This document shows positions 1-10,350 of a stretch of 64,000 nt of DNA, piece by piece. Position 1 is the stretch's first letter. Each line of letters starts with the position of its first letter. The translations under genes were made by a program, and so were the position numbers. Source of the DNA: an uncultured bacterium (GTDB taxonomy: Bacteria; Zixibacteria; MSB-5A5; CAIYYT01); the NCBI GenBank assembly GCA_963726455.1, contig CAVSCK010000004.1, forward strand, positions 1,248,001 to 1,312,000, read 5' to 3'. The notes beneath the pieces are model-generated. The model saw only the letters and a list, made by a program, of their open reading frames with translations, ran no database searches and had not been told where the DNA came from.

Positions 1-128
1 GCAGCAGATACCGGTGGCGGATCGCTGGGCCATCGTCGCATACTGTGCGGGCATTACAGCGTAGCCAGAATGCGAGCATTAACGACATTCCACCGGAGTT
101 GCGGAAATCGGTGAAGGAGGGGCAATAG
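1..128 (+). CDS. 3' end of ACIII cytochrome c subunit (ActE-like), partial, apparent +1 frameshift near 44
   Basis: Reads QQIPVADRWAIVAY, then after one extra base VRALQRSQNASINDIPPELRKSVKEGQ*. The WAIVAYVRALQ motif is typical of ActE, and the fragment lies directly upstream of the actF-like gene. Confidence 0.65.
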   Translation, partial: SRYRWRIAGPSSHTVRALQRSQNASINDIPPELRKSVKEGQ

Positions 129-136
129 TTAGCATC

Positions 137-1321
137 ATGAAGTTCGACAACCAGACATATCGAATCAGCGGCGGAGAAAAGCTCGGAAATCTCCTGTTGA
201 TAATTGGATTGGCAGGATTAGTACTCAGCGCAGTCGGTCTGGTGGTTGACAGCAGACAGTTTCTCTTCTCGTATCTGGTCAGCTTTGCGTTCTGGGTCAG
301 TATCGGATTGGGCGCCCTGTTCTTTGTCATGGTGCATCATCTGGCAGGGGCGGTCTGGAGTGTAATGCTGCGGCGGATTATGGAGAATGTGATGATCACC
401 CTGCCGATCCTATTCGTGTTCTTCATTCCCATCGCGTTGGGAATGGGCAGTCTGTATGAATGGACTGACGGAAACGTGGTAGCCACTGATGAAATACTGC
501 GCCAAAGGACGGCCTATCTCAATTCCGGGTTCTTTCTCGGAAGAACGACTATCTATTTCGCCGTCTGGTTTGTCCTGGCTATCTGCTGTATCGGTTTGAC
601 CATCAGGCAAGATGCGAGCCGCAGTGATGAAATGACCGCCAAATTCAGAAAGATTAGCGCGCCCGGTATTGTTCTCTTCGCGTTTACGTTGACGTTCGCG
701 GCGTGGGACTGGCTCATGTCGCTGGAGGCGCGGTGGTATTCGACGATCTACGGCGTTTACTTTTTCGCCGGATCGTCAATAGCAATTCTGGCGCTGATAA
801 TTTTGATTTCGCTATACCTGCGGCGGAAGCAGGTACTGACAACCCAAATCACGGCCGAACACTATCACGATTTATCCAAACTGATGTTCGCCTTCGTGAT
901 ATTCTGGGGATATATGGCGTTCGCGCAATACCTGCTGATATGGTACGCCAACGTCCCCGAGGAGACGATTTGGTTCCAGCATCGTTGGGTCGGATCGTGG
1001 AAGGCCATGACCTTGCTGCTGGTATTCGGGCAATTTGCACTGCCGTTCGCCTTCCTGATTCCGAGATTGTCGAAGCGGAGATTCTGGACTGTGGGAGTTG
1101 CGGCGGGCTGGTTGTTGCTGATGCACTGGGCGGACATGTATTGGCTGGTGATGCCGAGTTTGCACAAAGAAGGCGTCTCCCTGTCATGGATGGACTTGAC
1201 AACCTTGGCCGGAATTGGGGGCGTATATCTAGGGTTGACTTGGAAGCGTCTCTGTGCGCAACCGCTGGTTCCGGTGAATGATCCGCGGCTGCAAGATTCG
1301 ATTGAATTCGTCAACCGCTGA
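137..1321 (+). CDS. actF: Alternative complex III membrane subunit ActF (NrfD-like)
   Basis: 394-aa polytopic membrane protein; DWLMSLEARWYSTIYG and YLLIWYANVPEET motifs; followed by an oxidase cluster. Confidence 0.85.
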   Translation: MKFDNQTYRISGGEKLGNLLLIIGLAGLVLSAVGLVVDSRQFLFSYLVSFAFWVSIGLGALFFVMVHHLAGAVWSVMLRRIMENVMITLPILFVFFIPIALGMGSLYEWTDGNVVATDEILRQRTAYLNSGFFLGRTTIYFAVWFVLAICCIGLTIRQDASRSDEMTAKFRKISAPGIVLFAFTLTFAAWDWLMSLEARWYSTIYGVYFFAGSSIAILALIILISLYLRRKQVLTTQITAEHYHDLSKLMFAFVIFWGYMAFAQYLLIWYANVPEETIWFQHRWVGSWKAMTLLLVFGQFALPFAFLIPRLSKRRFWTVGVAAGWLLLMHWADMYWLVMPSLHKEGVSLSWMDLTTLAGIGGVYLGLTWKRLCAQPLVPVNDPRLQDSIEFVNR

Positions 1322-1326
1322 GAGGT

Positions 1327-1695
1327 ATGAGCTTGGACGACGAAGCACAGAGTCATACGGATATTCCGCCGACGCCGGGATACGAAAAACGCGACGTCAA
1401 TGTTCGTCTGGCGTTCGGTGTCGGAGCCGTGATAATACTGGTCATCGCGATCAGCGTGGTGATCTTGAACGACGTTTTTGTGCTGGACAAGGAAGAAATC
1501 ATGTTTAACGCGGCGCTGAAGCCGGAATCGATGGCGCTGCGCGAATTTCAAGATCGGGAAACGGAGACACTGACCACATACAAAACTTTGGACGGGACGA
1601 AAGGTGTCTACCGGATTCCCGTATCACGAGCAATGGAATTGATGGCAGATGAAGCATACCAGGCACGCGAAGCAAAGGCGGCAACCAAGCAGTGA
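1327..1695 (+). CDS. Single-TM ACIII/oxidase-associated small protein (ActG-like position)
   Basis: GYEKRDVN, one TM helix, C-terminal YRIPVSRAMEL; located between actF and SCO. Confidence 0.6.
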   Translation: MSLDDEAQSHTDIPPTPGYEKRDVNVRLAFGVGAVIILVIAISVVILNDVFVLDKEEIMFNAALKPESMALREFQDRETETLTTYKTLDGTKGVYRIPVSRAMELMADEAYQAREAKAATKQ

Positions 1696-1714
1696 TTTGT
1701 GAAGGCGCAAACTC

Positions 1715-2551
1715 ATGAAGAGCATAAATCCGAAATCGGTGGTCCTGGCCCTCCTCACTGCCTGCATGTGCCTGATATCGGAGTCTCGGGCGCAGGTGGT
1801 ACAGGACAGCGTCCCGGCTCTCAAGAGGATTGACGTCATCGAGCATCTCGGCGACACGATTCCGATGGGTCTGACATTCACCAATGATGCCGGGGAGACG
1901 GCCAATCTGGGGACTTATTTTCATCATGGCAAACCGGTAATTCTGGTGTTGGCCTATTACACGTGCCCGATGTTGTGTACGCTCGTCTTGAATGGGCTGA
2001 GTAATGCCGTGGCGGCGCTGGATTGGACTCCCGGCAAGGAATTTCAGATACTGACTATCAGCATTGATCCGTCGGAAACATTCGAGCTGGCTGCCGGCAA
2101 GAGGACGCGCTATCTGGACAACCTTGGCAGGCCGGGAATTGGCGACGGCTGGAGATTCTTCGTCGGCGCGGCCGATCAATCGCAGGCACTGGCGGACGCA
2201 GTCGGCTTCAAGTACTATTACGATACCGAGCAGAAAATGTACGCACATCCAGCCGTGGTCATGATTCTCACTGAGGACGGCAAGATTTCGCGGTATCTCT
2301 ACGGAATCGATTTCAAACCGCGCGATCTCAAGTTGGCGCTGGGGGAGGCATCACAGGGGAAAGTCGGCAACACAATCGATCGGATCATTTTGTACTGTTA
2401 TCATTACGATCCGGCGGCCAAGGGCTACGTCGCCGTCGCGGGAAGAATTATGCAGTTGGGCGGCCTGCTGACGCTGGGGATACTGATAGTGTTTCTGGGG
2501 ATTCTCTGGGGAAGAGAACGCAGGCGCAGGTCACAGGTAAGCAGTGCCTGA
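1715..2551 (+). CDS. SCO family copper chaperone
   Basis: Signal peptide, CPMLC (CxxxC), conserved His in YAHPA, C-terminal TM. Confidence 0.9.
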   Translation: MKSINPKSVVLALLTACMCLISESRAQVVQDSVPALKRIDVIEHLGDTIPMGLTFTNDAGETANLGTYFHHGKPVILVLAYYTCPMLCTLVLNGLSNAVAALDWTPGKEFQILTISIDPSETFELAAGKRTRYLDNLGRPGIGDGWRFFVGAADQSQALADAVGFKYYYDTEQKMYAHPAVVMILTEDGKISRYLYGIDFKPRDLKLALGEASQGKVGNTIDRIILYCYHYDPAAKGYVAVAGRIMQLGGLLTLGILIVFLGILWGRERRRRSQVSSA

Positions 2552-2585
2552 ACGACTGTTAACAGCAAGGAGCTAGCCGGACAAG

Positions 2586-3545
2586 ATGCAGGATAACGGC
2601 ACTTTGTTTCTACCATCGGGGCACTCGACTATTGCACCCGACACGGATGCGCTGTTCAATTTCATATACTACTTTTCAATAGTCTTTATGGCGATCGTTG
2701 TCGGTATGATCGCGCTCGCCGTCACTCGTTATCGGCGCAGAGGTGCAGCAACGGTTTCGACGGCGCCATCGCATAACCTCAAGCTGGAAATCATTTGGAC
2801 GACGATACCGATTATTCTGGTGCTGATCGTCTTTGCGTGGGGATTTCGTGTCTACCTGCGGCTGTTCATCGTTCCGAAGGATGCCATGGAGATCAAGGTG
2901 ACGGGACAGCGGTGGTTCTGGAGCTTCGACTACCCGAACGGAGCCAAGTCGGTGAATGACCTGGTCGTCCCGGTGAGCAAGCCGATCAAGTTGCTGATGT
3001 CATCGAAAGACGTGATCCACAGCTTCTTTGTGCCCAACTTTCGTATAAAACAGGATGTGCTGCCGAATCGGTACACGATAACCTGGTTTGAAGCGACTGA
3101 TACGGGAGCGTATGACCTGTTCTGCTCGGAGTATTGTGGCAGCAAGCATTCAGGGATGATCGGCAAGATACGAGTCGTCACCGATCGCGAATACGCCGAG
3201 TGGTTGGAGAAGAATTCACAAGAAGGCAAAGGAATGTCTTTGGCAGATTATGGGGCAAGTTTGTATGCGTCGAAGGCATGCATAACGTGCCATTCGATTG
3301 ATGGAAAGGCGGGCACCGGTCCGACATTTCTCGGATTGTATGGCAACCAGGTAAAATATCAGGACGGTAGCACGGCGACGGCGGATGAGAACTATCTGCG
3401 GGCCTGCATCCTGACGCCTAATCTGAAGGTGCTGGCGGGTTATCAGCCGGTGATGCCGACGTTTCAAGGCGTGCTCGACGACCGGCAGGTTGATGCGTTG
3501 ATTGCGTATATCAAGTCACTTAACAAGGGCGGTGCCAAGCAATGA
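2586..3545 (+). CDS. coxB: Cytochrome c oxidase subunit II with fused cytochrome c (caa3 type)
   Basis: DVIHSF, CuA motif [13 protein letters not shown]-terminal CITCH heme motif. Confidence 0.95.
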   Translation: MQDNGTLFLPSGHSTIAPDTDALFNFIYYFSIVFMAIVVGMIALAVTRYRRRGAATVSTAPSHNLKLEIIWTTIPIILVLIVFAWGFRVYLRLFIVPKDAMEIKVTGQRWFWSFDYPNGAKSVNDLVVPVSKPIKLLMSSKDVIHSFFVPNFRIKQDVLPNRYTITWFEATDTGAYDLFCSEYCGSKHSGMIGKIRVVTDREYAEWLEKNSQEGKGMSLADYGASLYASKACITCHSIDGKAGTGPTFLGLYGNQVKYQDGSTATADENYLRACILTPNLKVLAGYQPVMPTFQGVLDDRQVDALIAYIKSLNKGGAKQ

Positions 3546-5146
3546 ACGAGATTCCTCAGTACAACTTCCTCACGACTCCCAAGGGAATCAAGTCCTGGTT
3601 GTTCACCCGGGACCACAAGCGCATCGGGCTGATGTATCTCTTTGCGATCATGTTCTTCTTTCTGATCGGAGGCATCTTTGCGCTGCTGATCAGGATTGAA
3701 TTGCTGACGCCGAATGAAGCGCTGGTCAAGCCCGACACCTACAATCAGCTCTTCACGCTGCATGGCGCAATCATGATCTTCCTGTTTATCATTCCGTCGA
3801 TACCGGCGTCTCTGGGTAATTTTGTACTGCCACAACTGCTCGGCGCCAAAGATGTCGCGTTTCCAAGATTGAACTTGGCGAGCTGGTATATCTATGTAGT
3901 CGGCGCCTGTTTTCTGATCTACTCGATGTTCGCAGGTGCAGCGGACACCGGTTGGACTTTCTATACACCCTATTCCACTCTGACAACGACATCAGTGATT
4001 TCCACCACCATGGGCGTGTTCATTCTGGGGTTCTCCTCGATCTTCACCGGCCTGAATTTCGTCGTCACTATTCACAAGCTGCGCCTGCCGGGTATGACCT
4101 GGTACGATATGCCGTTGTTCTGCTGGGGCATTTACGGCACAGCCATTCTGCAGATACTGGCGACCCCGGTGTTGGGAATTACGCTGGTTCTATTGATGTT
4201 GGAGCGCGCTTTCGGGATTGGCATATTCGACCCGGCGATGGGCGGCGATCCGGTATTGTATCAGCATTTCTTCTGGTTCTATTCGCATCCGGCGGTCTAT
4301 ATCATGATCCTGCCCGGAATGGCAATTATCAGCGAGACAATCAGTGTGTTTTCGCATAAGCGGATTTTCGGTTACAAGGCAATAGCATTTTCGAGTCTGG
4401 GAATCGCATTCGTCAGTTTCCTGGTCTGGGGACATCACATGTTCACCAGCGGCCAGTCGGAGCTGTCGGCGATGCTCTTTTCGTTTCTGACATTCATGGT
4501 GGCGATTCCATCGGGTATCAAAGTGTTCAACTGGCTGGCCACGTTGTACAAGGGCTCGATCAGCCTGGAAGCACCGATGATCTATACTTTGATGTTTCTG
4601 ATACTGTTCTCCATCGGCGGACTCACCGGAATCTTTCTCGGCGCGCTGGCAGTGGATGTGCAAGTTCATGGCACCTATTTTGTGGTGGCACATTTCCATT
4701 ACGTGATGATGGGCGGTACGGTCATGGCCTTTCTGGCCGGGCTGCACTATTGGTGGCCGAAGATTTGGGGGCGCATGTACAGTGAATTCTGGGCGCGCGT
4801 GGGAGCGCTCTTGATCTTCATCGGCTTCAACATGACGTTCTTTACGCAGTTCATTCTCGGCGCCAAAGGAATGCCGCGCCGTTATGCGACGTATTTGATT
4901 CAGTATCAACCATTACACGGATTTTCATCGGTGGGGTCGTTTATTCTCGGCGCCGGGTTTGTTGTGATGGCGGTCTACTTGATTGCCTCTATTTTCCGAG
5001 GGAAACCGGCGGGCAATAATCCTTGGGGCGGACTGACTTTGGAGTGGACGACGACTTCACCACCACCACCGGAGAATTTCTTGGAGACGCCCAAGCTGAC
5101 GCACGGGCCTTATGATTATGACAAGGTGCTACCGGAAAAAAGTTAA
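3542..5146 (+). CDS. coxA: Cytochrome c oxidase subunit I, A2 type
   Basis: [22 protein letters not shown] (YS motif marks A2), WGHHM, HFHY, GMPRRY. Confidence 0.97.
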   Translation: MNEIPQYNFLTTPKGIKSWLFTRDHKRIGLMYLFAIMFFFLIGGIFALLIRIELLTPNEALVKPDTYNQLFTLHGAIMIFLFIIPSIPASLGNFVLPQLLGAKDVAFPRLNLASWYIYVVGACFLIYSMFAGAADTGWTFYTPYSTLTTTSVISTTMGVFILGFSSIFTGLNFVVTIHKLRLPGMTWYDMPLFCWGIYGTAILQILATPVLGITLVLLMLERAFGIGIFDPAMGGDPVLYQHFFWFYSHPAVYIMILPGMAIISETISVFSHKRIFGYKAIAFSSLGIAFVSFLVWGHHMFTSGQSELSAMLFSFLTFMVAIPSGIKVFNWLATLYKGSISLEAPMIYTLMFLILFSIGGLTGIFLGALAVDVQVHGTYFVVAHFHYVMMGGTVMAFLAGLHYWWPKIWGRMYSEFWARVGALLIFIGFNMTFFTQFILGAKGMPRRYATYLIQYQPLHGFSSVGSFILGAGFVVMAVYLIASIFRGKPAGNNPWGGLTLEWTTTSPPPPENFLETPKLTHGPYDYDKVLPEKS

Positions 5147-5167
5147 GGTTAAGGAGACACCGGCACG

Positions 5168-5818
5168 ATGTCGGAAATGACCGGCGGTCATCCCGCGCAT
5201 TTGCAGCATCATTTTAGCGGCAGCGAACAGCAGGCAGCCGCTGCCAAGCTGGGCATGTGGATATTCCTGCTCACGGAGATTCTACTGTTCGGCGGGCTGT
5301 TCTGCGCTTACGCGATCTACCGCGCCTGGAATCCGCAGATGTTCTTCGAGGCCCACAAGCAACTGGATGTCCACCTGGGAATGACCAACACCATCGTGCT
5401 GATCATTTCGTCGGTGACGATGGCGCTGGCGATTCGCAGCATGCAACTCGGCAAGAAACAACTGACGATTCGATTCCTGATCGCGACCTTGCTCTGCGCG
5501 GCGGTATTCCTGTTCATTAAGTATCTCGAATACGAGCACAAATTCCATCTCGGACAATTGCCAGGCAGATATTACACGTTTACCGGCCTTAAGGGAGCGA
5601 ATCCGCATATCTTCTTCGGCATCTACTTCATGATGACCGGGCTGCACGGCATACACGTGATCGGCGGCATGGCAGTCATCAGCTGGATGTTGTTCCGCAC
5701 GGCGCGCAATCAGTTCTCGCCGGAATACTATACACCACTGGAAATGACGGGCCTGTATTGGCACTTGGTCGATATGATTTGGATCTTTCTGTTTCCGTTA
5801 CTCTACCTGATCGGATGA
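5168..5818 (+). CDS. coxC: Cytochrome c oxidase subunit III
   Basis: GMWIFLLTE, MTGLHGIHV, YWHLVD. Confidence 0.95.
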   Translation: MSEMTGGHPAHLQHHFSGSEQQAAAAKLGMWIFLLTEILLFGGLFCAYAIYRAWNPQMFFEAHKQLDVHLGMTNTIVLIISSVTMALAIRSMQLGKKQLTIRFLIATLLCAAVFLFIKYLEYEHKFHLGQLPGRYYTFTGLKGANPHIFFGIYFMMTGLHGIHVIGGMAVISWMLFRTARNQFSPEYYTPLEMTGLYWHLVDMIWIFLFPLLYLIG

Positions 5819-5822
5819 AACG

Positions 5823-6320
5823 ATGAGCAACCACGCCACCACATCGACGCCGCATGTACTTCCGCTCAAGATATACCTCGGAGTCGGCGCGATCCTATTG
5901 ACGTTGACGGTAACAACGGTGCTGGTATCGGAGATACAGTTGGGTGGTTGGAATCTGGTGGCGGCGTTGGCAATTGCGGCGACCAAAGCGCTGCTCGTGG
6001 CATTCTTCTTTATGCATCTCTATTATGATTACAAACTGTATTTCTTCATCTTCAGCATCGCGGTCTCGGTATTGGCGATCTTCATCGTCTTCACGATGTT
6101 TGACACGCTCGATCGCGGCGCGATATACGAAATCAAGGGCCAACCGATAAATCCGAAGGCGTCAATGTATTCCGAGCCGATTTTCCAGGGTCAGGGGGCG
6201 GCTGTTGATACTTCCAAAGCAAAAGCACCGGCCAAGACGGGCGACACGTCGGGAGTCAAGACAGATACCTCAACCGCCAGGAAGGACACAACTCAGCAAG
6301 CGAAGCCGCCTGGATACTAG
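5823..6320 (+). CDS. coxD: Cytochrome c oxidase subunit IV family protein
   Basis: IAATKALLVAFFFMHL motif; 3 TM helices; low-complexity tail. Confidence 0.85.
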   Translation: MSNHATTSTPHVLPLKIYLGVGAILLTLTVTTVLVSEIQLGGWNLVAALAIAATKALLVAFFFMHLYYDYKLYFFIFSIAVSVLAIFIVFTMFDTLDRGAIYEIKGQPINPKASMYSEPIFQGQGAAVDTSKAKAPAKTGDTSGVKTDTSTARKDTTQQAKPPGY

Positions 6321-6352
6321 AATGTTAGCGCTGACATAAACGGGGAATTATC

Positions 6353-7282
6353 ATGAAAGCTTTTAGAATTTTCGCGTTCATCTCGATGGTCGCCTCCTAC
6401 CTGCTCATTTTCACAGGCGGCCTCGTGAGAGTATCGGGTGCGGGACTTGGTTGTCCTGACTGGCCGAAGTGCTTCGGTCGCTGGTTGCCGCCATTCAGCG
6501 CGATGCAATTGCCTGCCGACATTGATCCGAACACGTTCAATTTTGCACTGGCGTGGATCGAGTATCTCAATCGAGTATTTGGTATGTTGCTGGGGCTGTT
6601 GGTTGTGGTGACGGCAATTCTCGCAATCGTGCACTATCGCAAGGTCACGCGAATATTATGGCCGACATTGCTGGCCGCACTGTTCGTGGCGTTTGCCGGC
6701 TGGCAGGGCGGCAAAGTGGTAACATCGCATCTGGAGCCGATTGCGGTGTCGATGCATCTATTCGTGGCATTGGCAATTGTGACCCTGCTCACCTATGTCA
6801 CGCAGCAAGCGTACTATCTGAGCCAGGGCATTGCGGAGCCGCCGGGCGTTGCGGGCAAGGCGCACGTCTGGATTGCGTTCCTCTGGGTCGTGGCAATCGT
6901 TCAGATTCTGCTGGGCACCCAAGTTCGAGAGTCGTTCGAGCGCATTGGAATTCAGAATCCGCTGGCAAGTGACCTTGAAGTCATCGCCGGCGCCGGCGCT
7001 ATGAAATACATTCACATGTTGTTCGGAATTCTCACCGCCATTGCGACGTTCCAGGTGGCGCATCAGGTGTTGCGCGCCGGCGGACGGACAGTGGCACTGA
7101 TGCGAGTTGCCGTCTGGTGGATGATGTCGCTGATGATTCTGCAGATTCTGTTGGGAACAGGTCTGTTGGTGATCGGAATTCCGCCACTATTGCAGGTGTT
7201 TCATCTGTGGGTTGCGGCGTTGCTGATCGGCACGATACTGTACTTGTATTCCGCAGTTCGAGTGGAGGTGCAGCCACAATGA
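6353..7282 (+). CDS. ctaA: Heme A synthase COX15/CtaA
   Basis: GAGLGCPDWPKCFG, WIEYLNR, His-containing TM helices. Confidence 0.9.
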   Translation: MKAFRIFAFISMVASYLLIFTGGLVRVSGAGLGCPDWPKCFGRWLPPFSAMQLPADIDPNTFNFALAWIEYLNRVFGMLLGLLVVVTAILAIVHYRKVTRILWPTLLAALFVAFAGWQGGKVVTSHLEPIAVSMHLFVALAIVTLLTYVTQQAYYLSQGIAEPPGVAGKAHVWIAFLWVVAIVQILLGTQVRESFERIGIQNPLASDLEVIAGAGAMKYIHMLFGILTAIATFQVAHQVLRAGGRTVALMRVAVWWMMSLMILQILLGTGLLVIGIPPLLQVFHLWVAALLIGTILYLYSAVRVEVQPQ

Positions 7283-7885
7283 CCAAGCAAACAGGGATTC
7301 CCAAATGGGTATTCTGGACGGTGCCGGTGATTGCTGTCATGGCCGTTGTCGCCGCAGTTGTGATTAACTGGGCGGAAAGCTCAATGGCGCAACTACCGTC
7401 GCTGGGACAAGTGCCGCAATTCAAACTGACCGAGCGCAACGGCCAGACAATTACGGCTAATGATCTCCAAGGACACCTGACTGTGGTCGATTTCATATTC
7501 ACCAGTTGTCGCACGATCTGTCCCGTCATGACCGGCAACATGAGTGACCTGTATCAGACCTACAAGGGTTCCGACAAGGTGCATTTTCTTTCCATATCCG
7601 TTGATCCCGATGTCGATTCACTTACCGGTGCTGCAACGCTACGCTGTCGATCATGGCGTGACCGACAATCGCTGGTTGTTCGCGCGCGGCGCATTGGTTG
7701 ATGTGGCGCATTTGATGGAAAAGGGATTCATGCTGGCGGCCGACGAATTGCCTGCGGGACATCCGTCACAATTCGTACTGGTCGACGACAAGGCGCAGAT
7801 TCGCGGCTACTACTCGAACGGCGAACCGTCGGAAATGCCGATTCTCAAGCGCGATATTCGTGAACTGGCGCGGCAGATCAAATGA
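7279..7885 (+). CDS. Second SCO family protein (frameshift near 7630)
   Basis: FIFTSCRTICP and SISVDPDVDS in one frame; HPSQFVLVDDKAQIRGYY in the next frame. Confidence 0.8.
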
Positions 7886-8295
7886 ACGTCTCCGCACTGC
7901 CGACCGTTGATGCCGTTCTCAACTTAACAAGTGCCCTACTGCTGTTCTTCGGGCGACGGCAGATCAAGGCCGGTCAGCGTGAGAAGCACAAGAAATTGAT
8001 GCTGTCGGCGCTGATGTCCTCTGCCTTATTCCTGATTTCATATTTGGTCTACCATGCGAATGTCGGTTCCGTCCCCTACGCACGACATGACTGGACGCGA
8101 ACCCTGTATTTCGCCATCCTGATCCCACATTCGTTCTTCGCCGCGGTGATGGTGCCTTTCATAATTGCGGCGGTGTGGTACGCATTGCATGAGAAATTCG
8201 AGCAGCATCGACGCATCGTGCGCTGGCTCTGGCCCGCGTGGATGTTCGTGTCGTTGAGCGGGATTGTGGTGTATGTGATGTTGTATCATTTGTAA
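7882..8295 (+). CDS. DUF420 family membrane protein (oxidase assembly associated)
   Basis: LPTVDAVLN, HKKLM, FLISYLVYH, HRRIVRW motifs; context. Confidence 0.85.
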   Translation: MNVSALPTVDAVLNLTSALLLFFGRRQIKAGQREKHKKLMLSALMSSALFLISYLVYHANVGSVPYARHDWTRTLYFAILIPHSFFAAVMVPFIIAAVWYALHEKFEQHRRIVRWLWPAWMFVSLSGIVVYVMLYHL

Positions 8296-8379
8296 ATCAG
8301 ACATGCCCCGGAAGATCGAGTGCGCGACAATCAATTACGCCGTCAGGAAAGAGTTCCTGACGGCGCTTCTATACGCTGT

Positions 8380-8461
8380 TGCGTCGGTTCCTGATTTCGC
8401 GCGGTCATTCACAAACCTCTGACACTATTGATCGCCCAGCGCGAAATTGTGAACCGACGCA
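8380..8461. repeat. Long imperfect hairpin repeat, copy A
   Basis: TGCGTCGGTTC-CT-GATTTCGCGC ... GCGCGAAATT-GT-GAACCGACGCA; homologous to 52177-52257. Confidence 0.75.
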
Positions 8462-8548
8462 TCCATAGAACTGAGCAAACGGAACTCTTGGGACACCCAA
8501 AGGGTTCCTGACGACGCTTCTATTGGTATCTAAAGTGTCGTCTGCTAT

Positions 8549-10350
8549 TTAAGCCGCTCCCACTGCTTCCTGCAATTCACTGCGGGAATAAAGTTCTTGA
8601 TAAGCGGCGGATCGCGCCATGAGTTCGTCATGCGTACCACGGTCGACCACCTTGCCTTCGTCGAACAGCAGAATCTTGTCCGCCAGCCGCAATGTCTTGG
8701 TGCGGTGCGTCACGACGAAACAGGTCATCTCCGGCATAACTGCGTGCAGCGCATCCCAGAGGCGTTCCTCGGTGCGGGCATCGAGTGCCGACGTGCAATC
8801 GTCCAGTATCAGTATCTGCGGATTGCGCGCCAATGCACGCGCGATGGCCACACGTTGTTTCTCGCCACCGGAAATCGTCAGACCGCGCGTCCCGATCATG
8901 GTCTTGAGCCCCTGTGGGAAACGCTCCATTTGCGAATCCAACTGCGCCAGCCGTATCGTTTCTGCAATCTTGCCGTCATCTATCGACTTGTCGCCGAAAC
9001 GAATGTTCCCCTCGATCGTGTCGGAGAACAGTATCGGCTCCTGCGGCACAAAGCCGATGATATCGCGGTACGAGTCGAGCGGCAGTTCCTTGAGCGGCGA
9101 GTCGTCGAGCGATATCGTTCCTTCCGACGGATCGGCTACCCGCGTGAGCAAATGGATGATCGTGCTCTTGCCCGAGCCAACCTTGCCGACGAGCGCCACC
9201 GTCTGGCCCTTGCGTACCGTGAACGTTACCTCGTCGAGCACTTTGCGACCGGTCGAATCATACGAGAAAGACACGCCTTCAAACTTGATCGCGTTGAATT
9301 TGACATCCACCCGTTGATGATTGCCGTTGCGCACCATCGGCGGATAATCGGCGATTTCAAGCAACCGCCCGATGCTTACTGCCGACTGGCGACCTCTCAC
9401 CAGAAACTGGCCGATATCGAACATGGAATAAACCATGGCCACGCTGTAACTGATAAACGCGACCATATCGCCTACCGATACGCCGCCGTTAATGGCCATC
9501 ATACCGCCGACGATCAGCACGGCGATCAGCCCGAATTGCCAGATATACATATAGAGCAATTCGATTCCGCCCTGAGCGCGCACGACGTTAATTTCGGAAG
9601 CTCGGCGCTCGCCGATGATACCCGCGAACTTCCTCGACCAGAGGGCGCGGCGATTGTAGGCCATGACTACCCGGATTCCCGAGAAGCAGGATTCCATGGT
9701 ACTGTTCAGATCGGAAATCCTCTTCTGAAGACGTTCATACCGTTTGTCAAGCAGGGTCGCAGTCTTCATGAAGATGATCACCAGAATCGGCAGCGGTCCG
9801 ATCGTGTACAAGGTCAGCTTCACATTGAGGCCGAACATCATTACCAGGCCGAACACCACCAAACAGAGCGCCTCATAAAAACGAAAGATGCCGGAACAGG
9901 CAAACCATGACATCTTGTCCGCCACGTCATCGGTCATGCGCGTGACCAGATCGCCGGTGCGGAAATGATTGAAAAAGTCGGGGCCCATCTGCGTGGTCGC
10001 ATCAAATCCACGTTGCCGGTAAATCCATTCCAGTTTCACGTTCATCCAGGCGCGACTGTTCTGCAGGATCAAATAGATCACCAGCGCCGCTGCGGCAAAG
10101 ACTGATCAGCATCACGCCCGCCTGCGCCATAGGCGTCGAGTCCATAGCCGGACACCAGCGTACGCAACGGTTCCAGCCATGCCGGGACTACGCCGGAGCC
10201 CTTGCTGATCACGTCGAACACATATTTGAGAATGAGCGGCTGAGCCATGACCAGCGCTGCGAATATCGGCGTGCCGATAATCAGCCACGCCAGCATCAGC
10301 TTGTAGTCGGAATATCCGCTCATCAACCATTTTATCTTACGCCACATCAT
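8549..10350 (-). CDS. ABC exporter TMD+NBD subunit (frameshift near 10085-10115)
   Basis: GKVGSGKS, ISGGEKQR, ILDDCTSALD (degenerate Walker B). N-terminus MMWRKIKW lies in a neighbouring frame. Confidence 0.85.

Noticed and set aside
8597-9910. Long antisense ORFs over the ABC, cox, RND and cstA genes
   Set aside because: Typical codon-bias shadows opposite well-supported genes; no motifs or SD.
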